A stretch of DNA of 64,000 bases from Candidatus Kapaibacterium sp. (GTDB taxonomy: Bacteria; Bacteroidota; Ignavibacteria; Kapaibacteriales; UBA2268): positions 3,520,001 to 3,584,000 of the forward strand of contig OY762428.1 in NCBI GenBank assembly GCA_963665665.1. The letters are read 5' to 3'. A model generated the notes under the pieces. That model was given only the letters and a program-made list of their open reading frames with translations, did no database searches and was not told the DNA's origin. Position 1 is the first letter of the stretch. Every line of letters starts with the position of its first letter. Positions 50,597 to 60,402 of the stretch are shown one piece after another. The translations under genes and the position numbers were made by a program.

Positions 50597-51321
50597 TATT
50601 TAATATTCCAGTTTTCTGCTGATGATAATAGTTTATCAGTTATACCTATATTAAAATATGTAAATGGATTCATACTTTTTTTCAGTTTTAAAGCAAGTTC
50701 ATTCTTTTCTAATTCATCAAATAAAGCTCCCAGTAATGCTCTGGTTCTTGGAGGGTAATGGATCGAATACCTGAATAATTCAGATAATTCCTGGTCAGAA
50801 TAATTTTCAATCTTATATTTCAATATAGAAATAGCTGATTTGAAATCAATGTCAGGTATTGTTCTGAAATCTTTGATAGCATCCAATATTTCAAGGTATT
50901 TGTAATTTTTATTCGTTACATCGGTATAGCTTTTTCGTGTTTTTATTTTTAAGGTGCCAATATTAATTGAAATTCTTTTTATTCTGCAGGCAACACTGAT
51001 TATTTCCGGAACCTGTGTTGTCAGGCCCATTCTGTTATATAAAGTTTTTCCGGTTATATATGCAATTCTCCTGCTGCCCTGAAAAAGATAAGTCTTTAAT
51101 AATTGTTCCTCGCTTGGGTATAATTCTCCAAAAACCGATTGTACGGGTTTATAAAACACTCCTGTTGAAATCCTTTTTATTTTATCTTTCTTAATTAACC
51201 TTTCCATTGCTTTGGCTGCAGCAATATATTCATTTTGTTGAAGCCCTAAATGATAATATTTAAAAGTTGTACCTTCTTTAATAGAATCAATTTTTTGTTT
51301 TATTTTTTTTGCTACGGTCAT
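50596..51321 (-). CDS. AbiEi-like antitoxin (DUF6088-like)
   Basis: N-terminal wHTH (RLIKKDKIKRISTGVFYKP), YITG...NRMGLTTQVP, YPPRTRALLG; 1-nt overlap with the toxin. Confidence 0.85.
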   Translation of the reverse strand: MTVAKKIKQKIDSIKEGTTFKYYHLGLQQNEYIAAAKAMERLIKKDKIKRISTGVFYKPVQSVFGELYPSEEQLLKTYLFQGSRRIAYITGKTLYNRMGLTTQVPEIISVACRIKRISINIGTLKIKTRKSYTDVTNKNYKYLEILDAIKDFRTIPDIDFKSAISILKYKIENYSDQELSELFRYSIHYPPRTRALLGALFDELEKNELALKLKKSMNPFTYFNIGITDKLLSSAENWNIK

Positions 51322-51451
51322 TTAGAATTTATTTTTAATTATCAAGTAAAATATGTGTAATAATTGACATATATCATTATAAAATATTGTAATACAAACA
51401 ATATAATAATTATTGATAAAAATGAGAAATATAATGTTTAGGAATTAACAT

Positions 51452-51484
51452 AAAAAGCCCGGCAAAGATTGCAATGCCGGGCTT
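51452..51484 (-). terminator. Intrinsic terminator after pepD
   Basis: aaaaagcccggca...tgccgggcttt. Confidence 0.75.
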
Positions 51485-51507
51485 TGACTTTTAAAAAAGA
51501 TTAGAGA

Positions 51508-52971
51508 TTAACCTTTAAGAGGGATGTTCTTCAGGATACCAAGAAGGAGGTTCCAGCATTTTTCTGTTGTGGAAATCTGGATTTTCTCATCAGGAGAGTG
51601 AACATCTTTCAGGTTGGGGCCGAAAGAGAGCATATCCATGCCGGGATATTTCTCGCCGATAAGGCCGCATTCAAGTCCTGCATGAATTGCTTCAATCACA
51701 GGTTCTTTACCGTACATATCAAAGAAAATATCTTTGGCTGTTTTCAGGATAGGAGAGTTCATGTTCGGCTGCCATGCGGGATAACCGTCGCCCTGAGTTA
51801 CTTCTGCGCCACCAAGTTCAAGGGCTGCGCGAACCATCTGTGCCATATCAATCTTTTCAGTTTCAACAGATGATCTCTGGCTTGTAAGAACATAGATTTC
51901 TTCATCTTTTGTTTTTACAAGGGCAAAGTTTGTGGAAGTCTGAACCAGGTCGTCGATATCCGGGCTGTTTCTGTAAACGCCGTGAGGCATAGCATAGAAT
52001 GAAAGGATAAGCTTGTTCTGCATATCGGTAGTCATAACCCTTGCTGGCATATCTGAATCTTCAATACCTGCAGCGATGTTAGCTTCTTTCGTATTCCATT
52101 CTTCTTTGATTTTTTTATCATAGTCTGCAATTGCTGTTTTAACTGCATCAACGTCGGCATTGGCAACTACTATCTGTGCAAATGCTTCCCTTGGGATGGC
52201 ATTGTGAGCGCTGCCTGCGTTAATAGCTGCAAGCCTGAATTTGATATTTTTACCTGTTTCATAAAGGAAACGGTTTATAAGTTTAAGAGCGTTTGCACGT
52301 CCGTCATGAATTTCGATGCCTGAGTGGCCACCCTGACAACCTTTGATAAATACATTAAAAGCTTTTGAATCTGCCGGAACAGCATCTGCTTCGTATTTGT
52401 ATGATCCTGCTGTATTCATACCGCCAGCACAACCGATTGTGAAAGCTCCGTCTTCTTCAGAATCAAGATTGATAAGGATCTCTGCCTGAATGAGGTCTTT
52501 GCCAAGCTGCATAGCGCCGGTAAGGCCTGTTTCTTCATCGAGAGTGCAAAGTATTTCGAGCGGGGGGTGGGGGATATCTGTTGAATCCATCACCGCCATA
52601 CCCATTGCTACTCCGATACCGTTATCAGCGCCAAGTGTTGTACCTTTGGCTTTTACCCAGTCGCCATCGATGTATGGCTGAATTGCATCGTTATCAAAGT
52701 CAAATTCTACATCTGCGTTCTTTTCGCAAACCATGTCAATATGGCCCTGGATACATACTGGTTTACGCATTTCCATGCCCGGAGTGGCAGGTTTACGTAT
52801 AACGATATTTCCAAGTTCGTCTTTTTTTAGTTCGAAGTTATGGTCTTTGGCCCATCCTTCGATATAAGCAGCTAATTTATGTTCTTTTTTAGAGGGATGC
52901 GGGTGCTGAAGAATTTCTTCGAAATAGTCCCAAACTTTTGTGGGCTGAAGTTCGCCTAATATTTTACCCAT
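51508..52971 (-). CDS. pepD: Aminoacyl-histidine dipeptidase (M20C)
   Basis: QGHIDMVCEK, TTLGADNGIG, DEETGL, NLDSEE, IHAGLECG, HSPDE. Confidence 0.96.
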   Translation of the reverse strand: MGKILGELQPTKVWDYFEEILQHPHPSKKEHKLAAYIEGWAKDHNFELKKDELGNIVIRKPATPGMEMRKPVCIQGHIDMVCEKNADVEFDFDNDAIQPYIDGDWVKAKGTTLGADNGIGVAMGMAVMDSTDIPHPPLEILCTLDEETGLTGAMQLGKDLIQAEILINLDSEEDGAFTIGCAGGMNTAGSYKYEADAVPADSKAFNVFIKGCQGGHSGIEIHDGRANALKLINRFLYETGKNIKFRLAAINAGSAHNAIPREAFAQIVVANADVDAVKTAIADYDKKIKEEWNTKEANIAAGIEDSDMPARVMTTDMQNKLILSFYAMPHGVYRNSPDIDDLVQTSTNFALVKTKDEEIYVLTSQRSSVETEKIDMAQMVRAALELGGAEVTQGDGYPAWQPNMNSPILKTAKDIFFDMYGKEPVIEAIHAGLECGLIGEKYPGMDMLSFGPNLKDVHSPDEKIQISTTEKCWNLLLGILKNIPLKG

Positions 52972-53353
52972 TTTTTTTACCTTTCGTAAATTCATTAAAA
53001 GAAATAAAGTCGTTTTTGTATAAATTAGTTAAAAACTGTGTTAATCTGTCATTAACAGGTTGAATTTCGTCTCCGAATTTTTCAGTAAGTTCAGTGGCAA
53101 TCTCACCTACTTTTTTATTGCCGTCGATAAGCAGCCATGTTTCAGTACCGAATTTATCCATATTTGCACGGATATATTTGTTTTTCATTTTGGGTTGCAG
53201 GAATTTACCAAAAAACTTATCGGTAAACCGGGGAACGAGAATGTCTATAAGGCCTTCTTCCCCACCTGCCTGATACTCATAATTCCTGACTGGAGTTAGT
53301 TCTAAGTAATTTACTTCTACCTTATCTTTTTTGTTCCTGCCGAAAATATTCAA
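52964..53353 (-). CDS. PqqD-family (RRE-like) small protein
   Basis: MDKFGTETWLLIDGNKKVGEIATELTEKFG...RLTQFLTNLYKNDFI winged-helix signature. Confidence 0.78.
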   Translation of the reverse strand: MNIFGRNKKDKVEVNYLELTPVRNYEYQAGGEEGLIDILVPRFTDKFFGKFLQPKMKNKYIRANMDKFGTETWLLIDGNKKVGEIATELTEKFGDEIQPVNDRLTQFLTNLYKNDFISFNEFTKGKKNG

Positions 53354-53466
53354 ATTACTGCCTGATCTATTTAAATGTTAAAAAAATAACCTGCTTAATT
53401 GCTGTCGTTTAATATAGGAAAAATTTTCTTTCAGTTCAAATTAACTTTTTTGTTTTGTATGGAAAA

Positions 53467-53895
53467 CTATCTTTCTCCGTAAACCTGAACTATAATATCC
53501 CGTTGCCTTGGAGAATTATCAAAATCAATAAATATGATTTGCTGCCAATCACCGAGTATAGCCTCGCTTTCGAGAACCGGAAAAGTAAATGACGGGCTGG
53601 TAATTGCAGACCTCAGATGTGAAAAGCCATTACCGTCGCCCCATTTCAGGTTATGTAAATATTCAAAATTTTGTGGTGCTACAGCTTCGAAATATCTTTT
53701 CAGATCTTCAATACAGCCTGATTCATATTCAATTGTTGTTATCCCACTTGTAGAACTGGGACAAAAAACAAGAGCCGAACCATTATAAAGACCGGATTCT
53801 TTAACAATTTCAATAACATTAGGGCTGATATTAATAATATCAGTGAATCCCCTGGTGGAAATCCTGAAAGTGTTGGCGTATGTAAAATATTCCAT
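53467..53895 (-). CDS. yjbQ: YjbQ/UPF0047 family protein
   Basis: GITTIEYE, GDGNGFSHLRS, LGDWQQIIFIDFD...R. Confidence 0.88.
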   Translation of the reverse strand: MEYFTYANTFRISTRGFTDIINISPNVIEIVKESGLYNGSALVFCPSSTSGITTIEYESGCIEDLKRYFEAVAPQNFEYLHNLKWGDGNGFSHLRSAITSPSFTFPVLESEAILGDWQQIIFIDFDNSPRQRDIIVQVYGER

Positions 53896-54191
53896 TATTT
53901 CTGTACTTTTTTTACTGTTTTGGTTTTCCAGTTATAGACCCACATGGAAAACTCAAAAATAAAATTATTGAATACAGGGTTGTTTGTGTCGTCAAAGCGA
54001 TTAACTTTGGAACTTAACTTTCTGAGATATTCATCACGAATATCTCTTGGCATGGATGATAATTCATCATCAAATTGAGCGAGCAGCTTTTTCAGATCAT
54101 CCTGCCGATCAATACCCATGGCCAAATCATTTGATAACTGTTCGAATTTATCCTCAATACCCGTGTTTATTATCCTGTCGCTAAAAGTCAT
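53895..54191 (-). CDS. Hypothetical protein
   Basis: 98 aa ORF whose stop overlaps the yjbQ start. Confidence 0.6.
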   Translation of the reverse strand: MTFSDRIINTGIEDKFEQLSNDLAMGIDRQDDLKKLLAQFDDELSSMPRDIRDEYLRKLSSKVNRFDDTNNPVFNNFIFEFSMWVYNWKTKTVKKVQK

Positions 54192-54285
54192 ATTTTAAAA
54201 TCAATAAATCAAAGAAAAAAAAGTTGTAATGCATAAATATATGCACGAATTTTATCGACGCATCAACTTAGAATATGTTTCAAAA

Positions 54286-54309
54286 AGGGAGGATAATATT
54301 TATCCTCCC
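54286..54309. terminator. Hairpin downstream of the aspA operon
   Basis: gggaggata-atatt-tatcctccc preceded by an A run. Confidence 0.6.
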
Positions 54310-54317
54310 AATAATAT

Positions 54318-54884
54318 TTAAAGCCTTGCCAACAGATGATTTTTATAATCCTGGTCGATATCATTGCCTTCAGGATCGGTAAAATATCTGTTTATGGAGT
54401 GAATAAAATATTTTGAATTATCAATTGCATCGAATATTATCATGACTTCACGCTGAGTAATCGGATCAAGGTTTGTCCATGATTCAACATTATCATTAAT
54501 AGAAAGCATGACGTTGAAGAATAAGGGTTCTTTATCCCTGAGCATTGCGATGTCCCAATCCTGGGCAAGTTCAAGGTCAAGATCAAAAAAATCGTTGATC
54601 AGCAGAAGCGAAAACACAGCTGTCTGCCATTTAATTATATCTTCATCTTTAACAAGCCATTTTTTTGCTTCGCCATTCAATTCAATCTGACGAATTTTTC
54701 CAAAAGCAGTTCCTTTATCACACAAAGTAACATATTTACCCTTAACGCGGAAAAGGCCGTTTAATTCCAGTGATTGAATTTTTTTCTCAATTTTATCGGC
54801 AGTTCTTACTGCTTTGGACATATTGTCCGACATCAGCTTCATTCTGAATAATTCAAATGTATTCATATATTCACTCCTTTTCAT
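54318..54884 (-). CDS. Hypothetical protein
   Basis: 188 aa ORF immediately after aspA on the same strand; no motif recognised. Confidence 0.6.
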   Translation of the reverse strand: MKRSEYMNTFELFRMKLMSDNMSKAVRTADKIEKKIQSLELNGLFRVKGKYVTLCDKGTAFGKIRQIELNGEAKKWLVKDEDIIKWQTAVFSLLLINDFFDLDLELAQDWDIAMLRDKEPLFFNVMLSINDNVESWTNLDPITQREVMIIFDAIDNSKYFIHSINRYFTDPEGNDIDQDYKNHLLARL

Positions 54885-54886
54885 TA

Positions 54887-56755
54887 TTATTTTCTGAAGC
54901 CCGGTTTAATCATGTTTTCCGGTTTTAGAATGTCATCAAGTTTCTCTTTTGTAAGCAGTTCTCTTTCCAGAACAAGTTCATATACGCTTCGGCCCGTATC
55001 GAGTGCTTCTTTTGCAAGTGAGCTTGATGCCTCGTAGCCAAGCACAGGATTTAGTGCTGTAACAAGCCCTATACTGTTTTCCACCTGTTCCCGGCATATT
55101 TCAGCGTTGGCTGTTATACCGTCAATACAGCGGTATTTCAAAGTAGCCATACCGTTTTTCAGCATCTCGATAGATTCGAAAATACTTTGTGCAATAACCG
55201 GTTCCATCACGTTTAATTCAAGCTGTCCGGCCTCTGCTGCCATGGTAACTGTCAGGTCATTGCCAATAACCTTAAAAGCTATCTGGTTTACAACTTCCGG
55301 GATAACAGGATTAACTTTGCCGGGCATTATTGAAGATCCGGGCTGCATTTTCGGAAGGTTAATTTCATTTAGTCCTGCCCTGGGGCCTGAACTTAGTAAC
55401 CTGAGATCATTACATATCTTGGATAATTTAACAGCAAGTCTTTTCACTGCCGAACAATACATAATAAATGCACCCGTATCCTGGGTTGCTTCTACAAGGT
55501 TGCCTGCCAGCCTGACAGGAATACCCGTTATTTCTGCAAGATGTTTTATAGAATACTCGCTGAATTTCGGGTCTGCGTTAATACCGGTTCCGATTGCTGT
55601 ACCGCCAAGGTTAACTTCAAGAAATAGCTCGGCATTGTTCTGAAGCCTTACAACTTCCTCCTCGAGTGTGGCGGCATAGGATTCGAATTCCTGCCCGAGT
55701 GTCATTGGTACAGCATCCTGGAGCTGGGTACGTCCCATTTTAATTACGCTTGCAAATTCATTAGCCTTGCGGCGGAAAGAATATATAAGTTCTTTAAGAA
55801 CGTTTACTATCTTTGAATTACTATATATTAACGCTACCTTCAAAGCTGTCGGATAAGCATCATTGGTCGACTGTGACAGGTTTATATGGTTGTTCGGGTG
55901 GCAATGCTTGTATTCGCCTTTCTTGTGCCCCATCAGTTCAAGGGCTTTATTTGCGATTACTTCGTTTGCGTTCATATTTGTTGAAGTGCCTGCACCGCCC
56001 TGAATCATGTCCACCACAAAATGCGTATGCAGTTTGCCGTTGATTATTTCGTCGCATGCTTCGCAGATTGCATCATTAACGTCGTCTTCCAGCATATTAA
56101 GATCGTGATTGGCAAGGGCGGCGGCTTTTTTCACCTGAGCAAGAGCTACAATCAAATCAGGAAAGTGATTTATCGATACACCGCTGATCGGGAAGTTTTC
56201 CGTTGCCCTGAGCGTCTGTATGCCATAATAGAATTCGTCGGGTACTTCGCGGTCGCCAAGCAGATCGTGTTCTTTTCTTGTCAGGCCGGAAATATACTGG
56301 GCTGCGGCATCAACAACCTGGTTGGTAGTCTGTCTCATCCTGCGGGAAATAACCCTTGAAACTCTTGATAATATCTTGTTAACAACCTGAGGATGTTTTT
56401 CCATAATATTATCAAAATCCTCACGGTCGATAGTCAGGATTATTGAATCTTCAATAGACCTGGCGGATAGCGAATGCGGATAATCTTCCATTATTGCGCC
56501 TTCGCCGATAAAATTATTATGGCCAAAAATATTTATCCTTTTTTCTCCGCCGTATTGCGTTTTTTTGAATAACTCGACCAAGCCTTTGAATATCATATAC
56601 ATTCTTGAGCGCGGTGTGTTTTGTTCGAACAGAATTTCTCCCTCGCTGAAATTATGAACGTCGATGTGATCGATGATCAACAATCTTTCCTGAGCTGTAA
56701 GGTCTGTGAAAAGTTCTATTTCCTGCAAGAACTTATCAATTGCTTCTGTTTTCAT
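54887..56755 (-). CDS. aspA: Aspartate ammonia-lyase with N-terminal cyclic-nucleotide-binding domain
   Basis: cNMP domain (MYMIFKGLVE...FIGEGA...SARS); QGGAGTSTNMNANE, SQSTNDAYP, GRTQLQDA, GSSIMPGKVNP, QLELNVMEP. Confidence 0.94.
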   Translation of the reverse strand: MKTEAIDKFLQEIELFTDLTAQERLLIIDHIDVHNFSEGEILFEQNTPRSRMYMIFKGLVELFKKTQYGGEKRINIFGHNNFIGEGAIMEDYPHSLSARSIEDSIILTIDREDFDNIMEKHPQVVNKILSRVSRVISRRMRQTTNQVVDAAAQYISGLTRKEHDLLGDREVPDEFYYGIQTLRATENFPISGVSINHFPDLIVALAQVKKAAALANHDLNMLEDDVNDAICEACDEIINGKLHTHFVVDMIQGGAGTSTNMNANEVIANKALELMGHKKGEYKHCHPNNHINLSQSTNDAYPTALKVALIYSNSKIVNVLKELIYSFRRKANEFASVIKMGRTQLQDAVPMTLGQEFESYAATLEEEVVRLQNNAELFLEVNLGGTAIGTGINADPKFSEYSIKHLAEITGIPVRLAGNLVEATQDTGAFIMYCSAVKRLAVKLSKICNDLRLLSSGPRAGLNEINLPKMQPGSSIMPGKVNPVIPEVVNQIAFKVIGNDLTVTMAAEAGQLELNVMEPVIAQSIFESIEMLKNGMATLKYRCIDGITANAEICREQVENSIGLVTALNPVLGYEASSSLAKEALDTGRSVYELVLERELLTKEKLDDILKPENMIKPGFRK

Positions 56756-57145
56756 AGCTTCTCCATATCATTTAGCAAAATTGCCGTCATTCCGTTGCAA
56801 ATTAAGTAAATTAACCGAGCTTTCACAAGGATTTTTAGCTTTGGATAAAAATTCATTAGCTTTAAGATATTGTTAATGCTAATTGTAATAAAAAAAAATA
56901 TGATTTCCGCGTATATTTTTATCAGTGCCCGCTACAATTCAATCTGTATCAGGTATTTACTTCTAAACTATATCATCTGGCAGCTGTGTACTGAGAAGTA
57001 TTACGAAATATCACTCACCATCGAATTTTTTATTTCATACATAGAATTTTTAAAATTTTGAAAGCATAATTATGATTTTAATTTGAAATGATTCAAATAT
57101 TTGTTATTATATAATCTGAATTAATTATTAAAACAAGATGAAAAT

Positions 57146-59233
57146 ATGACAGGACAAAAAAACGGCCACAGCAAGCTGAAAAAAGAGTTGAAATTGCCCC
57201 ACGTTATGGCTATAGCTACCGGCACAACGCTTAGTGCCGGATTCTTTTTGCTTCCGGGCATTGCAGCAGAGCAGGCCGGACCGGCTATTGTTCTTTCATA
57301 TCTGTTGGCGGCTGTTCCGCTTATTCCTGCCATGTTCAGTATTATTGAACTTGCCACCGCCATGCCTCGTGCCGGCGGAGTATATTATTTCCTTGACAGG
57401 ACTCTTGGCCCTGTATTCGGAACTATAGGGGGGATAGGTACATGGCTGGCTCTTATCCTGAAGGTAAGTTTTGCACTTGTCGGAATGGGGGCATATATTC
57501 GGCTGTTTATTCCGGATTTGCCGATAATACCGGTTGCTATATTACTTGCTGTTGCACTTGGCGCTTTGAACATATTCGGCGCGAAGAAGTCAGGGCGTTT
57601 CCAGGTATTCCTTGTTATCGGACTTTTAATAATTCTTCTGATATTCTTTGGTAAGGGTATTCCTGATATACATTATATCAGATTTGACGGATTTTTTGAT
57701 GCCGGATTTAATTCAATTATTTCAACAGCCGGACTTGTATATATTAGTTACGTAGGTATAACAAATATTGCCAGCCTTTCCGAAGAAGTAAAAGATCCGG
57801 AAAAAAACCTTCCAATGGGAGTGATATTATCCCTGACAGCGGCTTTTATCATTTACGGAGTCGGGACTGCAATAATGGTAGGTGTTCTGCCAATGGAAAG
57901 TTTGAAAGGTAGCTTAACTCCTGTGGCTGCTGCTGCTGATATGATTTTCGGAGAAGCAGGAGCTATTATGATATCAGTTGGGGCAATGCTTGCATTTATT
58001 TCTGTTGCTAATGCCGGTACAATGAGCGCTTCCCGTTACCCGCTTGCAATGAGCAGAGACCACATCCTGCCCGGCATTTTTACAAAACTTAGTAATTTTG
58101 GTTCTCCATATATATCAATAATTACTACTGTTGGTGTTATAGTTCTAATTCTGTTATTGCTGGACCCAACGGGAATAGCAAAGCTGGCGAGTGCTTTTCA
58201 GCTTCTGATGTTCGCTTTTGTCTGTTTGGCTGTGATTGTAATACGTGAAAGCAGGATTGAGTCCTACGATCCCGGATATAAATCCCCATTTTACCCCTGG
58301 ATGCAAATAATTGGAATATTAACTTCTTTCTGGTTTATAATTCAAATGGGCTGGATGCCCTCGATATTTTCACTGGGGCTGACAACTATAGGTACGGCAT
58401 GGTATTTCTATTATGCCAAAGATAAAGTGTACAGGAACGGAGCTATTTATCATATATTTGAAAGGCTTGGCAGATCGCGTTACGGGGGGCTCGATATTGA
58501 ATTAAGAGGAATTCTGAAAGAAAAGGGCCTGCGAGATACAGATCCTTTCGATGAAATTGTAGCCAGGTCTCTGGTTATTGACAATCCTGAAGTGAGTAAT
58601 TTTGAAGTAATTTCTTCACAGGTTTCTGAATGGCTGTCTAACTTTCTGCCCGGGTCGTCGGAAGATATTAATAAACAATTTATGGAAGGTACCCGAATTG
58701 GAGCCACCCCGGTTACTCATGGCATTGCCCTGCCCCACTTCAGGTGCAAGGGTATTAATCAGGCGGAAATGGTACTTGTAAGGTCAACCGGAGGTGTTTA
58801 CATTAATTATAAAAATCCCATAAAGGATTTTCAGGATGAAACCGTAAAGGTTCACGGACTGTTCTTTGTTGTCAGCCCGGAAGATAATCCCGCCCAGCAT
58901 CTGCGCATTCTTGCTCAACTGGCAGGCAGGCTCGACGAAGACTCTTTTTACAAGGATTGGTTTAATGCCGAAAACGAACAAAACCTGAAAGAAGCCCTGC
59001 TTCGCGAAGACAGGTTCTTTGCTCTTAAAATTATATCCGGAAAAAAATCAGAAGAATTAATCGGATTACAATGCAGGCAAATAAATTTTCCTGAAGGATG
59101 CCTGATTGCCTTATTGCGTCGCGGCCCCTATACAATTGTGCCCAAAGGGAACGTTGTTTTTGAAGAAGGAGACAGGCTGACAGTGCTTGGAGACTCCGGA
59201 AGCCTTAATGAGTTAAGGAAAATATATAGTTAA
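57146..59233 (+). CDS. APC amino acid permease fused to PTS EIIA-like and TrkA-C (RCK_C) domains
   Basis: Multi-TM APC core (AMPRAGG, SEEVKDPEKNLP); GIALPH...HLRILAQLA (EIIA); LIALLRRG...PKGNVVFEEGDRLTVLG (RCK_C). Confidence 0.9.
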   Translation: MTGQKNGHSKLKKELKLPHVMAIATGTTLSAGFFLLPGIAAEQAGPAIVLSYLLAAVPLIPAMFSIIELATAMPRAGGVYYFLDRTLGPVFGTIGGIGTWLALILKVSFALVGMGAYIRLFIPDLPIIPVAILLAVALGALNIFGAKKSGRFQVFLVIGLLIILLIFFGKGIPDIHYIRFDGFFDAGFNSIISTAGLVYISYVGITNIASLSEEVKDPEKNLPMGVILSLTAAFIIYGVGTAIMVGVLPMESLKGSLTPVAAAADMIFGEAGAIMISVGAMLAFISVANAGTMSASRYPLAMSRDHILPGIFTKLSNFGSPYISIITTVGVIVLILLLLDPTGIAKLASAFQLLMFAFVCLAVIVIRESRIESYDPGYKSPFYPWMQIIGILTSFWFIIQMGWMPSIFSLGLTTIGTAWYFYYAKDKVYRNGAIYHIFERLGRSRYGGLDIELRGILKEKGLRDTDPFDEIVARSLVIDNPEVSNFEVISSQVSEWLSNFLPGSSEDINKQFMEGTRIGATPVTHGIALPHFRCKGINQAEMVLVRSTGGVYINYKNPIKDFQDETVKVHGLFFVVSPEDNPAQHLRILAQLAGRLDEDSFYKDWFNAENEQNLKEALLREDRFFALKIISGKKSEELIGLQCRQINFPEGCLIALLRRGPYTIVPKGNVVFEEGDRLTVLGDSGSLNELRKIYS

Positions 59234-59388
59234 AAATTAAAAATTATTAATATAAAATTGTTTTAAATTTTACTCGTCCTCAAAATAAAATAGTTAGATT
59301 TATCAGTTATATAGCATTATTAGGCAAAACTACAAATAATAATAATTATACTTAAAACAACATTTATTTTACAATTATCTGCTACAAG

Positions 59389-59417
59389 TTGACTTTCATG
59401 CAATTCAAGGATATATT
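59389..59417 (+). promoter_or_regulatory. Possible sigma70 promoter for the dsrMK-like operon
   Basis: TTGACT-N17-TATATT about 50 nt upstream of the ATG. Confidence 0.4.
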
Positions 59418-59469
59418 ATTGAGTTGAAAAAGTTGAAAAGCAGTATTAAATACAAGGACGAGGTTTTCC

Positions 59470-60399
59470 ATGATCATCTTGCAAATTTTTACCTACGCTA
59501 CAATAATTGTATTTGTGGCGGCTGTTATTGCCAGGTTTTTAAGAATAGCATCCGCTCCTGTTCACTTGCGCTGGGAATTGTACCCCGTGCCTCACGAAAA
59601 GGGAAGAGCTCATTACGGGGGCTCCAGGCTCGAGGAAGTTGACTGGTGGGAGAAAAAACAGGAAAAGGACCATCTGGGCGAACTTAAAGTTATGATCCCG
59701 GAAATACTTTTACTCAAAGGTGTTTGGGACCACAACAAAGCTTTATGGATTGGCTCTTTCCCATTCCATTTTGGCCTCTATCTTTTGGCAGCCAACATAC
59801 CGCTTCTGATTATTGCGGCTATTCTTGGTATGGGGGGAACAGTTGTCAATGCAGAATCAACCGGGCTTGCTATTGTTATATATTATCTTATCCTGTTATT
59901 TTCATTTATTGGATCGATTGTCGGAATTCTCGGATCAATCAGGTTATTCTTCCATAGGATGACAGACGATGCTCTCTCAACCTTCAGCAATCCGAGCCAC
60001 TATTTTAATATTCTCTTAATTTGTGCAATGTTCGTTTCGCTTCTTGTTGGCATGCTCGGCCAGAATTTCATTGGAGAAATAACCGGATATTACTCATCAG
60101 TTATTACTTTTTCGGCCTTGCCTGATATGTCGGCTGCAACGGTGTGGCATATTGGAATAACACTTGCTTTTATTATATACCTTCCCTTCACCCACATGAC
60201 TCATTTCTTTACCAAATACTTTACATATCACAAAGTAAGATGGGAAGACGAACCCAACAAAAATGGTTCACCACTTCAGAGCAAAATTGGCGAATCGCTC
60301 AGCCAGCCTGTTACCTGGGCTGCACCGCATATTGGTGCTGACGGAAAGAAAAACTGGATTGCAATTGTATCAGAAACACCCGGCGGGAAGGAAAAATAA
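59470..60399 (+). CDS. NarI/DsrM-like membrane cytochrome b subunit
   Basis: PVHLRWELYPVPHE, FPFHFGLY, WHI...YLPFTHMTHFF heme-ligand histidines; several TM helices. Confidence 0.85.
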   Translation: MIILQIFTYATIIVFVAAVIARFLRIASAPVHLRWELYPVPHEKGRAHYGGSRLEEVDWWEKKQEKDHLGELKVMIPEILLLKGVWDHNKALWIGSFPFHFGLYLLAANIPLLIIAAILGMGGTVVNAESTGLAIVIYYLILLFSFIGSIVGILGSIRLFFHRMTDDALSTFSNPSHYFNILLICAMFVSLLVGMLGQNFIGEITGYYSSVITFSALPDMSAATVWHIGITLAFIIYLPFTHMTHFFTKYFTYHKVRWEDEPNKNGSPLQSKIGESLSQPVTWAAPHIGADGKKNWIAIVSETPGGKEK

Positions 60400-60402
60400 A
60401 AA

